A stretch of DNA of 64,000 bases, taken from Camelus dromedarius. Lineage: Eukaryota. The position numbers and the translations under genes were made by a program. Below, one piece after another: positions 1 to 13,090 of the stretch (position 1 is its first letter; each line of letters begins with the position of its first letter). The stretch lies in NCBI RefSeq assembly GCF_036321535.1, contig NC_087437.1:101372001-101436000 (forward strand). Direction: 5' to 3'. The notes under the pieces were generated by a model that was not told the origin of the DNA, searched no databases, and worked only from the letters and a program-made list of their open reading frames with translations.

Positions 1-15
1 AAATATAAACTAATT

Positions 16-89
16 GTGTATATGTATATATATACACGTATACATTCGTGTGGGCATGCATGTGCACAGGCGCGCGCGTGTGTGTGTGT
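16..89. repeat. Compound (TA)/(CG)/(TG) microsatellite
   Basis: tgtgtatatgtatatatatacacgtatac...gcgcgcgcgtgtgtgtgtgt. Confidence 0.8.
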
Positions 90-1892
90 AACAATGTAAA
101 GGTTTAAATGGATGCAAAGTATGTTATACTCCTAGCTAATACATATATTTACACTGTGTCGCAATAAGAGGGTTTTCAAATAAGTCTTAGCCCTTAGAAC
201 ATCTCAGAACAAACATGAACTCTAAATAGTCACAGACTGGTAATATATTAAAAATGCAGCTTTTGTCCAAAGATCCTCTGCTCTGAGAAACTCTGTATTA
301 TCAATATTTTTTTCATCACCTATCTGGCATCACTGAAGACTAAGCCCCAGAAACATTCTGAAAGATGGTTTTGTGTTATTTACTTAATCACTACTTTGGA
401 AAATTCAACTTCAGACAGTAAAGTTTTCACTTGTAGTATTTATTTATTGAATGTTAAGTGTCCTAAAAAGTATTCCAAAGACAAACTGATTTTCCTGTGA
501 AATTACTATTCAAGCAATCTTAGGTTTTCAAAATGAAGCCCCTGTTGTAACATATATATTTTTAATTTAAGTAAAATTTCATCTTTCCCTTCTTAATTAT
601 AGCTGATTCTTCTTCCACCAGTTCCTTTCAAAGAGAGCACATGGCTTCAGCACAGTTTCTTAAATGATTTTTTTCTAATAGTGACATTAACCATGCGCAA
701 TATTTTTCAGTTGACAACCAAAATACTGACGTTATAACTGCTGCCACTTATATGGCTTATAATCCTGCAAGAACCTCACATGATTTATAGAGGATACTTC
801 AACTTCCATTAAATCTTCCTTTTAAAGATCTTGAGCCCTACGTTTTTTGTAAGAGAATCAAAATTTCTAAATAAAGCTAGATAGAAATGTCTGAACGCAC
901 CAGACTGCTATTTCATCAGTTATGGGAAGAGAATTTTATTTTTTCCTTATGATTGAATGCACTGCCTTTTGGAACAATGAATCATTTGCTATTTGAGGTT
1001 CTTTGGCCAGGATGTTAATGTCTGGAATACTTTTATTCATCATAAAGTCTTGAATTTTATTTATGTTTAAAAAAGTATAGACCTTTGAAAAGTTACCTTT
1101 CACAGAAGGTTCCTAATCCTTTCTTTTCTTTTCTCCTTCCCTCTCCTTACCTCCCTCCCACCCCCAATCAGCTAGTTTTCCCATCAGGCTCCATAGCCAG
1201 AATACCATTGCTGTATTTACTGGAAAGCATATATTTGATTATGTGCCTGGTAGAGGATTCTAGATAAGTTAAAATAGAAAACTTAAAACAGTTACATTTG
1301 GTGATGCATTCTATAGGAGACTAATATTAATAAAAAATTTCTCATGGAAAATACATTTCTTTCACTATGTTTTCCTTTGTCCAAAGTTAGCTCTTTAAGA
1401 TCAAACATGTCTGTTAAAATAATGAGTATATTTTCCACCTCTCCATTTTAGTAGTTTACAAACTAAATTGTCAGCAACTAGGTATTTTATTTGTCCAGTG
1501 CCACCTGTGTTGGAAGAAGGTTTTGTAAGCTGTCTTACCTTGTTTACCGACTTGCTCCACTCCCTGAATCTGACAAATTTTTTTGGATTCCTCAATTAAA
1601 AAAAAATATGACTAAGACTGGAATAAATTAAGTAACAATTAAAAATATCTGTTGTCAGAGAACTGATATTTCTATTGAAAATGTATTATTTTAGTTTTGT
1701 TTTTAAAACAAAATGTAAAGAGCAAATGCTCAGCTGCTAGTATTCCTGATCTGATTTACCCTGCTGATTTTTCCAAAATATATATTGTCTGAAATATTAT
1801 GAAATTTATTTATACATAAGGACTTTACTTTCTGTGTGTTTACCACCTTGGAATATAAGCTTCATAAAATAACTTTTAAAATTAATAAATAC

Positions 1893-1922
1893 ATGAATGA
1901 ATGAATGAATGAATGAATGAAT
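1893..1922 (+). repeat. (ATGA)n tetranucleotide repeat, probably an L2 3' tail
   Basis: About 7 perfect ATGA units; L2 elements end in (TGAA)n. Confidence 0.8.
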
Positions 1923-2766
1923 TGGTTTTTACTTAGTCCCTGAATTGCTTTGCATTTTCAAACACTATGATATCTTTTACAGTTTCATTTTATATTAAAT
2001 TAGTAAATCAAAATAAATTGGTAGTATCTGAACTTTTTGATGGAAATTTAGAGTAAACAGAAATATTTTAAATTAAATTAACTAAGAAAAATTGATTGTG
2101 AAGGGAATATATTGGGTGTGAATTTGGTCAAAAATTTTAAAGTTTTGATAGAATATTTATTAAAGAATAAAAAAGGCATTTGACAATTTGATTATAAGTT
2201 ACAATAAAGGGATTAAATTTATCTTTTGAGAATCTTTTGGAATTGCATTAATTAATTAATCTTTTTGGAATTTATTTTTACAATGTCCTAATAATTCTAA
2301 ATAATACTATTTATGAACATTTAATGCACATTGAGTGTCTACTCTGAACTCATCCCTTTACATAGAATAATTTTCCAAAATTGTTTAATAGTATTATACC
2401 TAGAAAATGGTCATTGACTAACCATGAAATATATTCCAAATAGAAAGTTTTTATATACATAGATTTGTTTCTATAGAAGCTAAATTTCATGATTTTGAAA
2501 TGTTACAGAAAGCAACACCTCTTCTAGGTGATCTTCTATAATCTCTAATTAAACTCCTGTCCCAACACTTACAACTTCATAGATATGTTTGTCCTCACTT
2601 GATTCTGTTTCTTACCATGACCAGATCAAAAAGTAAGTCAAATCAGAAAATTCAAAACTCATCTACTCTTCTCTGGGGCTGTAACCTCATTGTTTTTCAG
2701 GAAGCTGCTAGGGTACATGTCAGAAATTGGATGCTGCTTTCCTCCCACTTAGGTCTTACTTACTGG

Positions 2767-2818
2767 GTGTGTGTGTGTGTGTGTGCGTGTGTGTGATATG
2801 TGTGTCTGTCGTGTGTGT
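2767..2818. repeat. (TG)n microsatellite
   Basis: Directly visible. Confidence 0.9.
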
Positions 2819-2839
2819 TAGTAGAGCTAAAAGGGAGAT

Positions 2840-3095
2840 TATCTAATCAAATTTCCCCTCATTTTATGTTTGAGGGAAACAGTATTTAAATAGATTAAGT
2901 AGAGGGGCAGATATAGCACAAGTGGTCAATCCCCAGTACCTCCTCCAAAAATAAGTAAGTAAATAAACCTAATTACTGCCCCCCCAAAAAAGATAGAAAT
3001 TAAAAAAATAAATAAATAGATTAAGTGAATCACTAAGTACTATACCTAATAAGTGAAACAATCACCATCAGAAATCATATTTGCTGCCTTATGCC
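2840..3095 (-). mobile_element. MIR, interrupted by a Vic-1 SINE
   Basis: ctcattttatgtttgagggaaac...agattaagt[SINE]gaatcactaag...taataagtg resembles the antisense MIR core (cccattttacagatgaggaaactgagg...ggttaagtgact). Confidence 0.6.
2901..3012 (+). mobile_element. Vic-1-type camelid tRNA-Ala-derived SINE with internal deletion
   Basis: A-box-like tatagcacaagtggt, then caatccccagtacctcc, taaacctaattac and an A-rich tail; perfect 14-bp TSD taaatagattaagt at 2887-2900 and 3013-3026. Confidence 0.9.
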
Positions 3096-3726
3096 TCAGT
3101 AGTCCTTCTTCATTATAAAATCTTAGATTCTGAAGTTTCTCATAAATTTTTCAAAAAATGAAGTTCTTTTATGTTGCTATATGCATTTAGTTTAAAATGT
3201 TATTTTTTCCTTTCCCTATCTAAAATAATTTAGTGTGTTTTATTATTAGAATCTCTTATGACACTTGAAATTTATTGTAAACTTAATAAAACCTAGCAAA
3301 CAATATTGAGCATACAGAAAAGTGGTTTCCCCACAGAACAAATGAGTGCTTCTAAAACAACATTGGTCAATAAAATTATTTATAGATTAAAAACCTCACT
3401 CCCTTATGAAAATGTGTGAAATGGCCACATATATATTAAAGAGTAGGACACTGAACTTCTCAAATGATAAGTGATTTTGTCATGTAATTCCTTAATTAAC
3501 AATTGAAATAATGGAGATGAAAATGTTAACAATTGTTACCAACAGAAGGATGTTCATGAACAATGTTTGTCTAAGATTCATCATCATAGGTGGCACTAGA
3601 AATGATAATTCAAAATATTTAATGACTTTTAGGGCAAAGGCACTAACCAATCTGAACTGACTCCCAGCACCACAGTGGTGCTGATGAGGAGAAGAAAAGT
3701 GCTAAAGTTGTCTTTTAGAAAATTTT

Positions 3727-3946
3727 TAAATATATTTTTATTGAAGCATAGTCAGTTTACAATGTTGTGTCAATTTCTGGTGTACAGCACAATGCTTCAG
3801 TCATATAAGAACATACATATAATCATTTTCATATTCGCTTTCATCTTAAGTTACTGCAAAATATTGAATATAGTTCCTTGTGCTATACTGTATAAACTTG
3901 TTGTTTATCTATGTAATGTATATTAGTTGGTATCTGTAAATCTAGA
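3727..3946 (-). mobile_element. 5'-truncated L1 3' end (artiodactyl/camelid type)
   Basis: tttattgaagcatagtcagtttacaatgttgtgtcaatttctggtgtacagc...ccttgtgctatac; imperfect TSD cttttagaaaatttt / cttttggaaatttt. Confidence 0.9.
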
Positions 3947-6781
3947 CTTTTGGAAATTTTAATCAAAATAGCACGCGAAGTAGACTAAAGCAAAAAGGTC
4001 TAAAGTGTGAAGGTGACTTGAATCTGCTCCAGTGGACTTCAAGAGGTTGTCCCTGGGTGGAAGGAGAGAACAGGGAATAGAAAGGAGGCATGACATTGGT
4101 AGAACCACTGTACCCACTGTCATCATGAGTATGGGAAGAGGAAGTATGGAAGAGAGGAAGCTAAAAAGGTTCCATAGGGTGGGAGGTGGGCCCTCTCGCT
4201 TACAGGTGGTAAGCAGAGTCAGAAGGGAGACTGAATAGGGGAAAGAATAAGAGATCATGTTCTGAGTATAACAATTCAGAGTGTCAGATCTAAGTCACAG
4301 TGGAGATTCCTAAGTCCAGAAATGGGGCTTTGATTTATCACACATTTTTCAGATTCAGAATTATTATTTATCAAAACAAACAAAAACCCCTCAAAACCAA
4401 CAAAGTAGTGATAGCATTCATAGACGAATATAATACAGTACAATAAAACATACCTGGAAATTAAACTAATTAAAATTAGATTTGGCAAAGTAAATTTTAG
4501 TTTTAAATTAAATAACAAAGTTTAATTTACAAGAGCAGAATTTCAAGATCTTGACATTTGATTTTCAATGGATAATCTGAGAAGTCCTTCCATAAGCACA
4601 GAAATCAAATTTCTGAAACTTTCGTGTGGGAACATCGATATTATATTCATCAATTTCATTCAGTTCCTTAAGTTTTTAGAATAACCACGAGATTGATATC
4701 TATTTGCCAAAATGAAGTAGTGACCATTAAGGTGAAAGTTTTTTTAGAGGTTGAAAATTAAAGCAGATTTTAAAATATGTTAGTTGAAATTTTTGCTAGA
4801 CATGTCAGAAGTGCTACAAAGTAATATCAAACAGAACAAAATAAGATTTCATTATTACATGAATACATGAGGCTTGGATACTAAGCATATATTTACATTA
4901 GATAATACATTACATTAGATACTTTATATTTTGTATATGTATAGTTGTTATGAAATAAATGATACATAGTTTGTCGTCTATAACTATTTGAAAGCTTTCT
5001 ATAAACACATGCTATAGTTGCAATTTCCACCTATATGGCATTGCTGAGACCTGGTGTACTCAACCTAAAGATGTAATCAAAACTATATAAGATTAGTTAT
5101 ATATTATCACCACTATTTTCTGGGAAATAAAACTATAATTATATATTTAGCAAAATTTGATATGAACATAATCTATATGTAAATATAGTCTACATATTCA
5201 CATAAAATACTTCCACCTCAAAAATTAAAGTTTAGTGCTAGGGACAAATATTCCAACTACGCCATTTTTTCCTCTCTGGTTGCCTGTGTTTGAGTTATGC
5301 ACTGGCTCTATTCTTATTTTTTCCTTTTTTGTCTCATGAGCAATGTTATTTTGAAATAAATATCCTGTGTTTAAAATAGAAGTTAATTAAAAATGAAAAT
5401 AAGAAATACACACTTTAATAAAGCCCTAGCTATATCACACTCCTGTTAATGCAGGTGGGTGTTATAATTTCCATTTCCTGTTTGGCTTCTCGTCAACTAG
5501 GAATAACTAGGTAATTAGGAAGCAATTTCAGGTAAAGAAAACAATTAATTGCCTTTCCATAGTGCTTTTATTCTTTAAATAGCAAGAACCATTAATTATC
5601 CTGCGAAGGGGAAAAACTGATTATCCTGTTACTTATAGAATACTGAGTCCCCCACCACTAGTGAAATAATTAAGTTCTACATAGGCTTTGCTTAAACTTT
5701 CTTCTTTGTATATAATTATTGTAAGCAGCCTTTGATATTCATGCCATGTTCTTCTTAAGCTTTTAGTGAAACAATTCTTTCTCAAAACTGTTTAAATAAT
5801 TTTCTTTTTTAAATGACAGTTAAGACTTATTTGCATTTCTAGCTCATTCCTGAAAGACTTATTTATTTTTCTTTTGTAATGGCAGGGAATTTTTTAAAAA
5901 AGATAAGAATGAATGAAAAAAACAAAAACTTGTAAATGATAATAAAAGTATTAGGGCCTATCAATAGAGGAATACATTTTTAAATTCTGTGTAATGAAAG
6001 AGAACAGTAGTACATGTGATTTATCACAATGTATAAAGAAAAGACTCCTATTTAGCTTTAGATTGCACTGTGATTTCTACCCACTTCTGCCTTTCCAATT
6101 GTTCCCCTTTAGTTAAACAGAAGATGTGTTTCAGTTCCATGAACAAATACAATTTGGCTATGTTCAGGGTGGCAGAGTGAAGTCAGCATTGGGTTTAATA
6201 ATAATCAGAATGAATGGCATATGTAACAGAAAAGTAAATAGGGGTGCTTTCACTTGAACTAAAACCAAATACAAAAATCTAGATTTAACAGAAAGGGCAT
6301 TTGGAAAATAATTTTTCCTTTTTCATTGCACACGGTTTTATAATCATAGTCTTGTGCTATCGACCTCTCCTCTTTCATTATATCAAAATGAAGCTATGTT
6401 TGAAAAAAAAAGTAGATCGTTTGCATTCATATATTAAATTCCCCAAATGGGTTCTCTTCTGCTAACAGAATTATTTTATTTTTCTTATATAACAGTTATC
6501 AGTCAAAATCTGCAAGTGCAGTGATATAGTAAAACTGAAAATGTCCACAATAATGTTGGAAGAAGGGATTTGATAAAATATTACTAATTTAATTAATGTT
6601 TATTGAAGTATAAAAATCATTGTAATGAAACAGGAAGACAGAAAAAAAAAATCTTGCCACTTCCAAATGAAAACTGTGAACCTTTTGATGTTATTATTTT
6701 CAGTGATGCATGTGTGTGCGTGTTCATATGATTTTTGTTTAATATTTTAAAGCATTTTTTCTTTTATTTGCTTTTAGGCGA

Positions 6782-7382
6782 TGTGGCTGGCAGAATTCTA
6801 AATCTGCTCCAACAAGTCCCACCTTGTGGCATATTCTCCCCATATAATGCCTGGAATTTGCAAACACGATGGGTTAGTCACACCCGTGATTACATTGCAT
6901 TATGTGGCACCGTGGTTTTAAGACAGAGAAATGATCCTGGGTGTGCCTTACCTAGCAGATGAACCGTTAAAAGTAACTATTCCTGAAGAAGAGACTTAAT
7001 TGTGAGAGATGTTCCACATGAAAGAGATTCTCTGTTGCTGACTTTGAAGATGGAGAGGCAGCCATGGACAGGGAATATGGGTGGTCTCTAAGAGCAGATA
7101 AAGGCCCCCAGCTGCCAGCCAGCAAGTGAGGGGATATTTCAGTCCTAGAACTACAAGGAATTGAATTTGCCCAATAATCTGAATGATCCTGGAGGAAATG
7201 AGAACACAAAAAGCAGTGAAGCCCAGCCAGCAACTTGATTTCAGCCTTGTAAGACCCTCAGCAGAGAACCCAGCTGTGCTCTGCCTGATTTCTGCCTTAC
7301 AGAACCTGAGCTAATCAGGGGATGTTGTTTTAAGCCACAAAATTCATGGTCATTTGTTGCACAGCAGTAGAGGACAAATACA
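6782..7382 (+). mobile_element. MaLR solo LTR (MLT1E-like)
   Basis: Starts TGTGG and ends ATACA; MLT1 motifs gctgactttgaagatggag, caacttgatttcagccttg, tgttgttttaagccac...atttgttgcacagcagtag. Confidence 0.88.
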
Positions 7383-7833
7383 GGTAGAAATTTCACGCCC
7401 ACCTAAGATTTCATTATCTTATTACATAGAACAAAGGAAGGAAATTATAAAGGTGACAGCATAAATTAATGAAATAAAAACATATACACAAGAGATAACC
7501 ACCAGAAACAAAAGTTGGATCTCTGAAAAAAAAAATAAAATTTATAAATGCCTCATGAGAACTATAATTAGATAATGTTGCAACTTGAAACCTGGGGCTT
7601 TTCAAATTGCTGACTGATTTTTTCCCGCCAACTCTCTAACAAAATATTTATATCTTATAGCCCATTCCTTGGCTCATCATTGCCCATCTGTGGATTCATA
7701 TCTTTTGCTGTTTTAATTTTCACCTTTAGATTACTAAGGTGTTTAAGGCTTATCCCAAATGTATAGATTTCCTTTGTTAAAATTCATATTCATAATGTTG
7801 GATAATTTTATACAAAGATACTTTGTTATTTTT

Positions 7834-8203
7834 TTAAACATTTTTTAATGAGCTGTAGTCATTTTACAATATTGTGTCAAATTCCAGTGTAGAGCACGAT
7901 TTTTTCAGTTATACATGAACATACATATATTCATTGTCACATTTTTTTTTCTCTGTGAGCTACCACAAGATCTTGTATATATTTCCCTGTGCTATATAGT
8001 ATAATCTTGTTTATCTATTCTACATTTTAAAATCCCAGTATGTCCCTTCCCACCCCCATCCCCTTGGCAACCACAGGTTTGTATTCTATGTCTATGAGTC
8101 TGTTTCTGTTTTGTATTTATGTTTTGTTTTTGTTTTGTTTTGTTTATTTTAGATTCCACATATGAGTGATCTCATATGGTGTTTTTCTTTCTCTTTCTGG
8201 CTT
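7834..8203 (-). mobile_element. Young camelid-type L1 3' end, 5'-truncated
   Basis: L1 3'UTR motifs (tttccctgtgctata, ttagattccacatatgagtgat); 17-bp TSD gatactttgttattttt 7817-7833 and gataccttgttattttt 8204-8220 (1 mismatch). Confidence 0.93.
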
Positions 8204-8574
8204 GATACCTTGTTATTTTTGCTAGAGGTTACTTAATATTAAGAGAATCAAACCTATGTCTGATACAGCAAATTATTTTCTGATATTTCAATCTTCCTGG
8301 GATTATATGTGACTTTTGTAATTTACAGATATTATTTTTGTTAATCTAAAAGACTTTAAGATTTTTTTTTCATTTTTAAATTTAGGAAAAAGAATAAGCT
8401 TAACAGAAAATATCCAATAAAGTGAAATTTACAATCCAAAATGTAGATTTTAGATGCTGGGCTATATAATAAGCCTGAGATCCCCAGATGCAATACTACA
8501 TTGTGATCACTCTCATAAGAGATTTAGCAATTTTAATAAAAATTGCAGAGAAAGTGCTGTGTTAGCTTTGATGA

Positions 8575-9080
8575 CCTCTATTTTATGTTTGTTTCTATTT
8601 TATTGATTTCTATTCTTATCTCTATTATTTCTTTTCTTTAATTCTTTTTGAGGTTATTTTGCAGATACTTTTTTCTAATTTTCTAAAATGATACTTCACG
8701 TCTATATTTTTATCTTTCTTCATTTCCAGTATAGGTATAGCTCTTACTTTACCTATAATTTCTGATTTAGCTGAACTTTCAAGTCTTGAATTTTAATACT
8801 AGTGTTATCATTCAATTAAAATATTTTCTAATTATATTGTAATTTACTTGTTTATCTATGTGTTAGCTAGAAATGTGGTACTTAATTTCCTATGTATAGA
8901 AAATTTCTAATTATCTTTATGTGCTTAATATCATCTTAATGGAATTCTGATAAGTAAATGTATATATAGTTTCATTTTTTAGATTTATTTTGACTTCTTT
9001 TATAGTTTAGTATATTATCTATGTGTATAAAGGTGTCATACACATTTTAAAAAGATACACATTTTTCAATTGCTGGTTGT
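8575..9080 (-). mobile_element. Old L1M ORF2-region fragment
   Basis: tttgtttctattttattgatttctattcttatctctattatttcttttc...ttcaattaaaatattttctaatt is typical antisense L1M. Confidence 0.7.
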
Positions 9081-11704
9081 ACAACGTCTGCTAAAGAGTT
9101 TTTTCATTTTTGCATCTGCTGAATATAAGGTAGCTCTTGGGCTCCAGTTGAGTGTGTCCAAAATGCTGTTGGATGTAAGTACTTGTAGTTCAAGAGGGAG
9201 TTACTATCTTCCAGATAGGAATTTATGCAAGAGAATAATATGCTTGGGGATAAAATAGTATGTCTTATGTAAGAACTGTGTGACATCAAATTGGAGGAAT
9301 GAACACAGAAATTGGAGTTCCATAAAGGAGACTTACAAACACTGATGAGCTTTTTCATTTACTCATTTATTTTGATTAAACTTCCCCAGGAAAATGTTAC
9401 AGCATCTTTCCTTATATGCAAGACACATTATATATTAAATTATTTCTGAAATAATTTATATATTTTATTGCTATTTGAAGCAGACCCTTTTTTCATTTTA
9501 TTTTTAAGCTGATTATTTTTGGTACACAATTTATTGTCTATATTATTGAACTTTTCTATTAGTTGCATTATATTCTGTGCTAAATTCCAGTAAGATTTCC
9601 TTTTTTCTTTAAGTATAGTACCACGTGTGAAAATTATTATTTCATGGCTTAAAATTGCTTATATATTAGAATAGTAAAAATGATAGCAAACATTTTCATT
9701 CTGGATGTACTATGTACTATGAAGGGTCTAGTATTTTAAGTTTTCTAAGTATGACTCTGACGGTTGTTTCAAGCTGGAATGTCTTTACCTCGAATTAATT
9801 TTAAATTTCAACTTGCTTATCAAGCATGGCGAGATAGAAGATGACTATGTTGTTAAATATTCTGGTAAATATTATTCACTCCTGGTTTCTGGGACTAACT
9901 TTTTCAATGGTTGCTATCAAATGAATGGGAAGTTTGCATAGAGTTTTAGACACGCCCACTCACATAGCTGAATTAGCTAGAAATAAAGATTTTATGCCTA
10001 GAAATTAATGTCTTACATCAGAAATGGATATCTTATATGTTAAAGCTCCACAGTAAATTCATGTCACAATTGTAGGTGACAAATACGGCTGAAGATTTTC
10101 TACAAAAAGGGTCTATAACGTAAGAATAAGGACTGTGAAAACTATTACATATCTTTTTATAAGCTACATTAAAGAAGCATTTGGAATGGATACTTTGCTA
10201 TTAGGCTAAAATTACAAAATTATGGACACCTTCAGAAAATATATTTACTTATATTTTAATCAAGCAGTGTTTAAATAATTAGAGCAGAACATGTTTTCTG
10301 AATAAATGAATGAGTAATTTCATAAGCATTAACCATTTTATATTGGAGCAATTTTAGGTGACATTCTAAGTGCCTTTGTGAAAACAGAACAGATTTGCAG
10401 AGTTAGTCATTTTAAACTATCATTATATTTTAGTGCTGGCCTGTCATGAAGCTTTTGAATGAGCTCTAATTCATGTTTTCTCTTATTCTTTTAAACTTCC
10501 TTCTATTGTGATTCAAACAGTGACATGGTGCAAGTCTCTTTGAGCTTCTTTATAGAAAAATAACTTGGTAGGCACTTGTTCAAGTATGCAGTCATTTGAA
10601 ACTGTGGCTTTTCAACAGTTTTTTTTCAATACTTTTTAAAACTTTGGAAACACAGAATATCAAAAAATGTTGATAAGGTTATAAGACTCAGGGTATTAGA
10701 AAAGCTGCCAGACATTCTTTGGGAAGTTCTGAAGTACACAAATAAAGTAATCTATCGGCTGATATGCCTTTATAAGCAAAATGTGATTTTTTTTAATTTA
10801 TGAAAAACAAAGGCAACACAAAATTGAGTTAATAGTGATTATCTCTCATCATAGATAACTGTCTATACATTTTGTTGCTTGTGAATATCTACAAATGAAT
10901 TCTAAACACTAACGTCCTGTATATAATTGGAAAAGAAGAGTAAGTAAATAAGCTTTTAATCAAATCCTAATTATACTTTTTTTTTCTTTACAGTTAAAAT
11001 ATTTAGATGGCTTCAGTCTACATTTTAATTAAATGGTGAATATCATTTAGAAATAACTTTATATTTATCCATACTTGCTGAAATATCTGGTATTATATTT
11101 CTGGTTGTACTGAAATTCAGTAATACTATTGGAATTCAGTTCCTGAAAATATTGTGCCATTCTATAAACATCTTTTATAATAAAATGCCATAAATAGGTC
11201 CCATGCTGAACAATGCATTTAGTCCCATAGCATATTATTTTAAAAAAAACAAAACCTTCTCTAATAACATATATTTACTTCACAGTATGAGGTGGAAAAT
11301 TAAGTAGGGTTTGTAAAGTATAGTAATTTAAAAATTTTAGGATGTCCATAAATAAAGCTTACTTCCCTCCACAACAGGGGAATAAGTGGTTTTCCATGAA
11401 GTACTGAAAAAAAATTCCCTGTCTATAAGTAGATAAAATTTTAAAAAAGACATGATGACTTCAATTAATGCTTCATATAGCTGATTCTGTGAGAAAGAAG
11501 GAAGGATACATTTGTATTAAAAAACATACCTAAATGAACATTTAACAAATAATTGGAATCTTGGCTTCTGGTTCTGGTCAGGCATGTAAGAGCTAGGAAG
11601 TCCTTACCAAAGCCTAAACTATTATGTTATTATAAATGCCATGTATGTAATGCATGATCATTAGAATCTATATAAAAATTCATGAAAAATTATTTTCCCA
11701 GGAT

Positions 11705-11905
11705 AAGCCTTTTTGTTTTACTCAGATCCTCAAAGGATTGGATGAAGAACACTTGCATTGATGAGGGCTATTTCACTCTGTCTCCTGATTCAAATATTGA
11801 TCTCTCCCAGAAACAATCTCACACAAACACCCAGAAATAATGTTTTACCAGCAATCTGGGCATCACCCGGCCCAGTCAAACTGACACTGAAAATTAACCA
11901 TCACA
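11705..11905 (-). mobile_element. MLT2 (ERVL) LTR, 5' fragment
   Basis: Reverse complement begins tgtgatggttaattttcagtgtcagtttgactgggccgggtgatgcccagattgctggtaaaacattatttctgggtg, matching the MLT2 start. Confidence 0.88.
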
Positions 11906-11970
11906 GACACCCTTAAGGAAATGCTACCCTAGGGAGTTCACCATAAATAACCTTTCAGTTTCCTGATACA

Positions 11971-12162
11971 TAGAGTCATTAGATTTAGTAAATAAAAATA
12001 AAAGATGCCCAGTTAAATTTGAGTTTCAGGTAGGCAAAACACAAACAAATTTTTAGTATAAAGTATGTCCCATGCAATATTTGAGACATTTATACCAAAA
12101 ATATTTTTGTTATCTGAAATTCAAACATAACTGGTTGTCCTGTAATTTATCTGACAACCCTA
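11971..12162. mobile_element. MER53 palindromic non-autonomous DNA transposon (MITE)
   Basis: agatttagtaaataaaaataaaagatgcccagttaaatttga...gtatgtcccatgcaatatttgagaca...tctgaaattcaaacataactgg...tatctgacaacccta. Confidence 0.9.
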
Positions 12163-12996
12163 CCCTCTCTGATCTTTGCATCTTTGTATTCATTATTGTT
12201 GACACATTTGATCTATTCTCCCCCACATCAGTCTACTGGAAAAAAGTCACATTTCTGTTTTTCAATTACAAGTCAATATCTGGAAAGGAAATAGCGCTTG
12301 AAGAGAAGTCATAGGCAAGAACACTACTTACTAGGGCTTTTAAATGAAGCAGCTATTAAAGAGTGGGAAGAAATATATCTCTCCCCTGTGCTTAAGGATT
12401 TACTTGAAAGCATCCAGATTCTTATGATTTTTCAGGATTCAAGTTATATTGCTCTAAAGTAATTTGACTGTTTTTAGTGGAAATTAATGAGAAACAAAAC
12501 GTACAATTAAAACACTTCTGCAAAGTTTAATTGAAAAAAATGTCTTGAGTAAGGAAGACTAATTTGAATTTTTAAAATTTTAACATTAATTGGAGAAATG
12601 AAAAAAAAAAACTTCATTAATCATCTACTAGAAGAATTATTTCTAAAAGTTTATATTTAGCCACTAGCAAATACTGAATTGCTTGATTCAGTGATTCAAC
12701 TTGAGTTTGGCACCATCACAGTGGTGACATAATCATATTAAACTGATTTAAATTAAGTGCTAGTTGGTTTCCACAGGTGTTAGAGTGCTGCTAATTACTC
12801 CTCCCTACCTCGGGTTCTAATAAGTTAAGAAGGGCTCTGCTGGGGATACAGGTATAAAGTTTCTAAATTACTCATGTGTCTTTTTTTCCCAATGAAATTT
12901 TTTCCCAATGAAATGTGGCACACGCCTAAGGTCAGATGAAGGTTTCATTTTCCTCTCTGTTGAACTGAAGACAGCTTCACCGCACAGTGGACTCAC

Positions 12997-13090
12997 CATC
13001 CTGCAGCAGGCTGAGAAGACAGCCTCTCTGCGGGCCTCTCAGTGGCAGTTGTGAGTAATGCTAGAAGAGCTGGCAGCTTTTAAAATTCCC
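12997..13090 (-). promoter_or_regulatory. Candidate TATA-like promoter and short first exon ending in ATG
   Basis: Minus strand: TTTTAAAA (13085-13078), Inr-like ttActc ~28 nt downstream (~13056), ATG-free leader, then gcaggATG|GTGAGT (donor GT at 12996-12995); unique, GC-raised sequence. Confidence 0.35.

Noticed and set aside
3665..3712. Perfect 8-bp hairpin cagcacca-cag-tggtgctg overlapping CTGATGA...GAAA, suggestive of a hammerhead ribozyme
   Set aside because: No stem II between CTGATGA and GAAA, no NUH cleavage triplet before stem I, and no stem III pairing
3675..3926. Similar peptides in ORFs at 3675, 16047, 24625 and 47206 suggesting a gene family
   Set aside because: The similarity comes from antisense translation of related L1 3'UTR copies
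10960..11041. Strong plus-strand acceptor (ctaat...tttctttacag) with ATG|GTGAAT donor 42 nt later
   Set aside because: All three frames contain stop codons and there is no other support; likely a pseudo-exon
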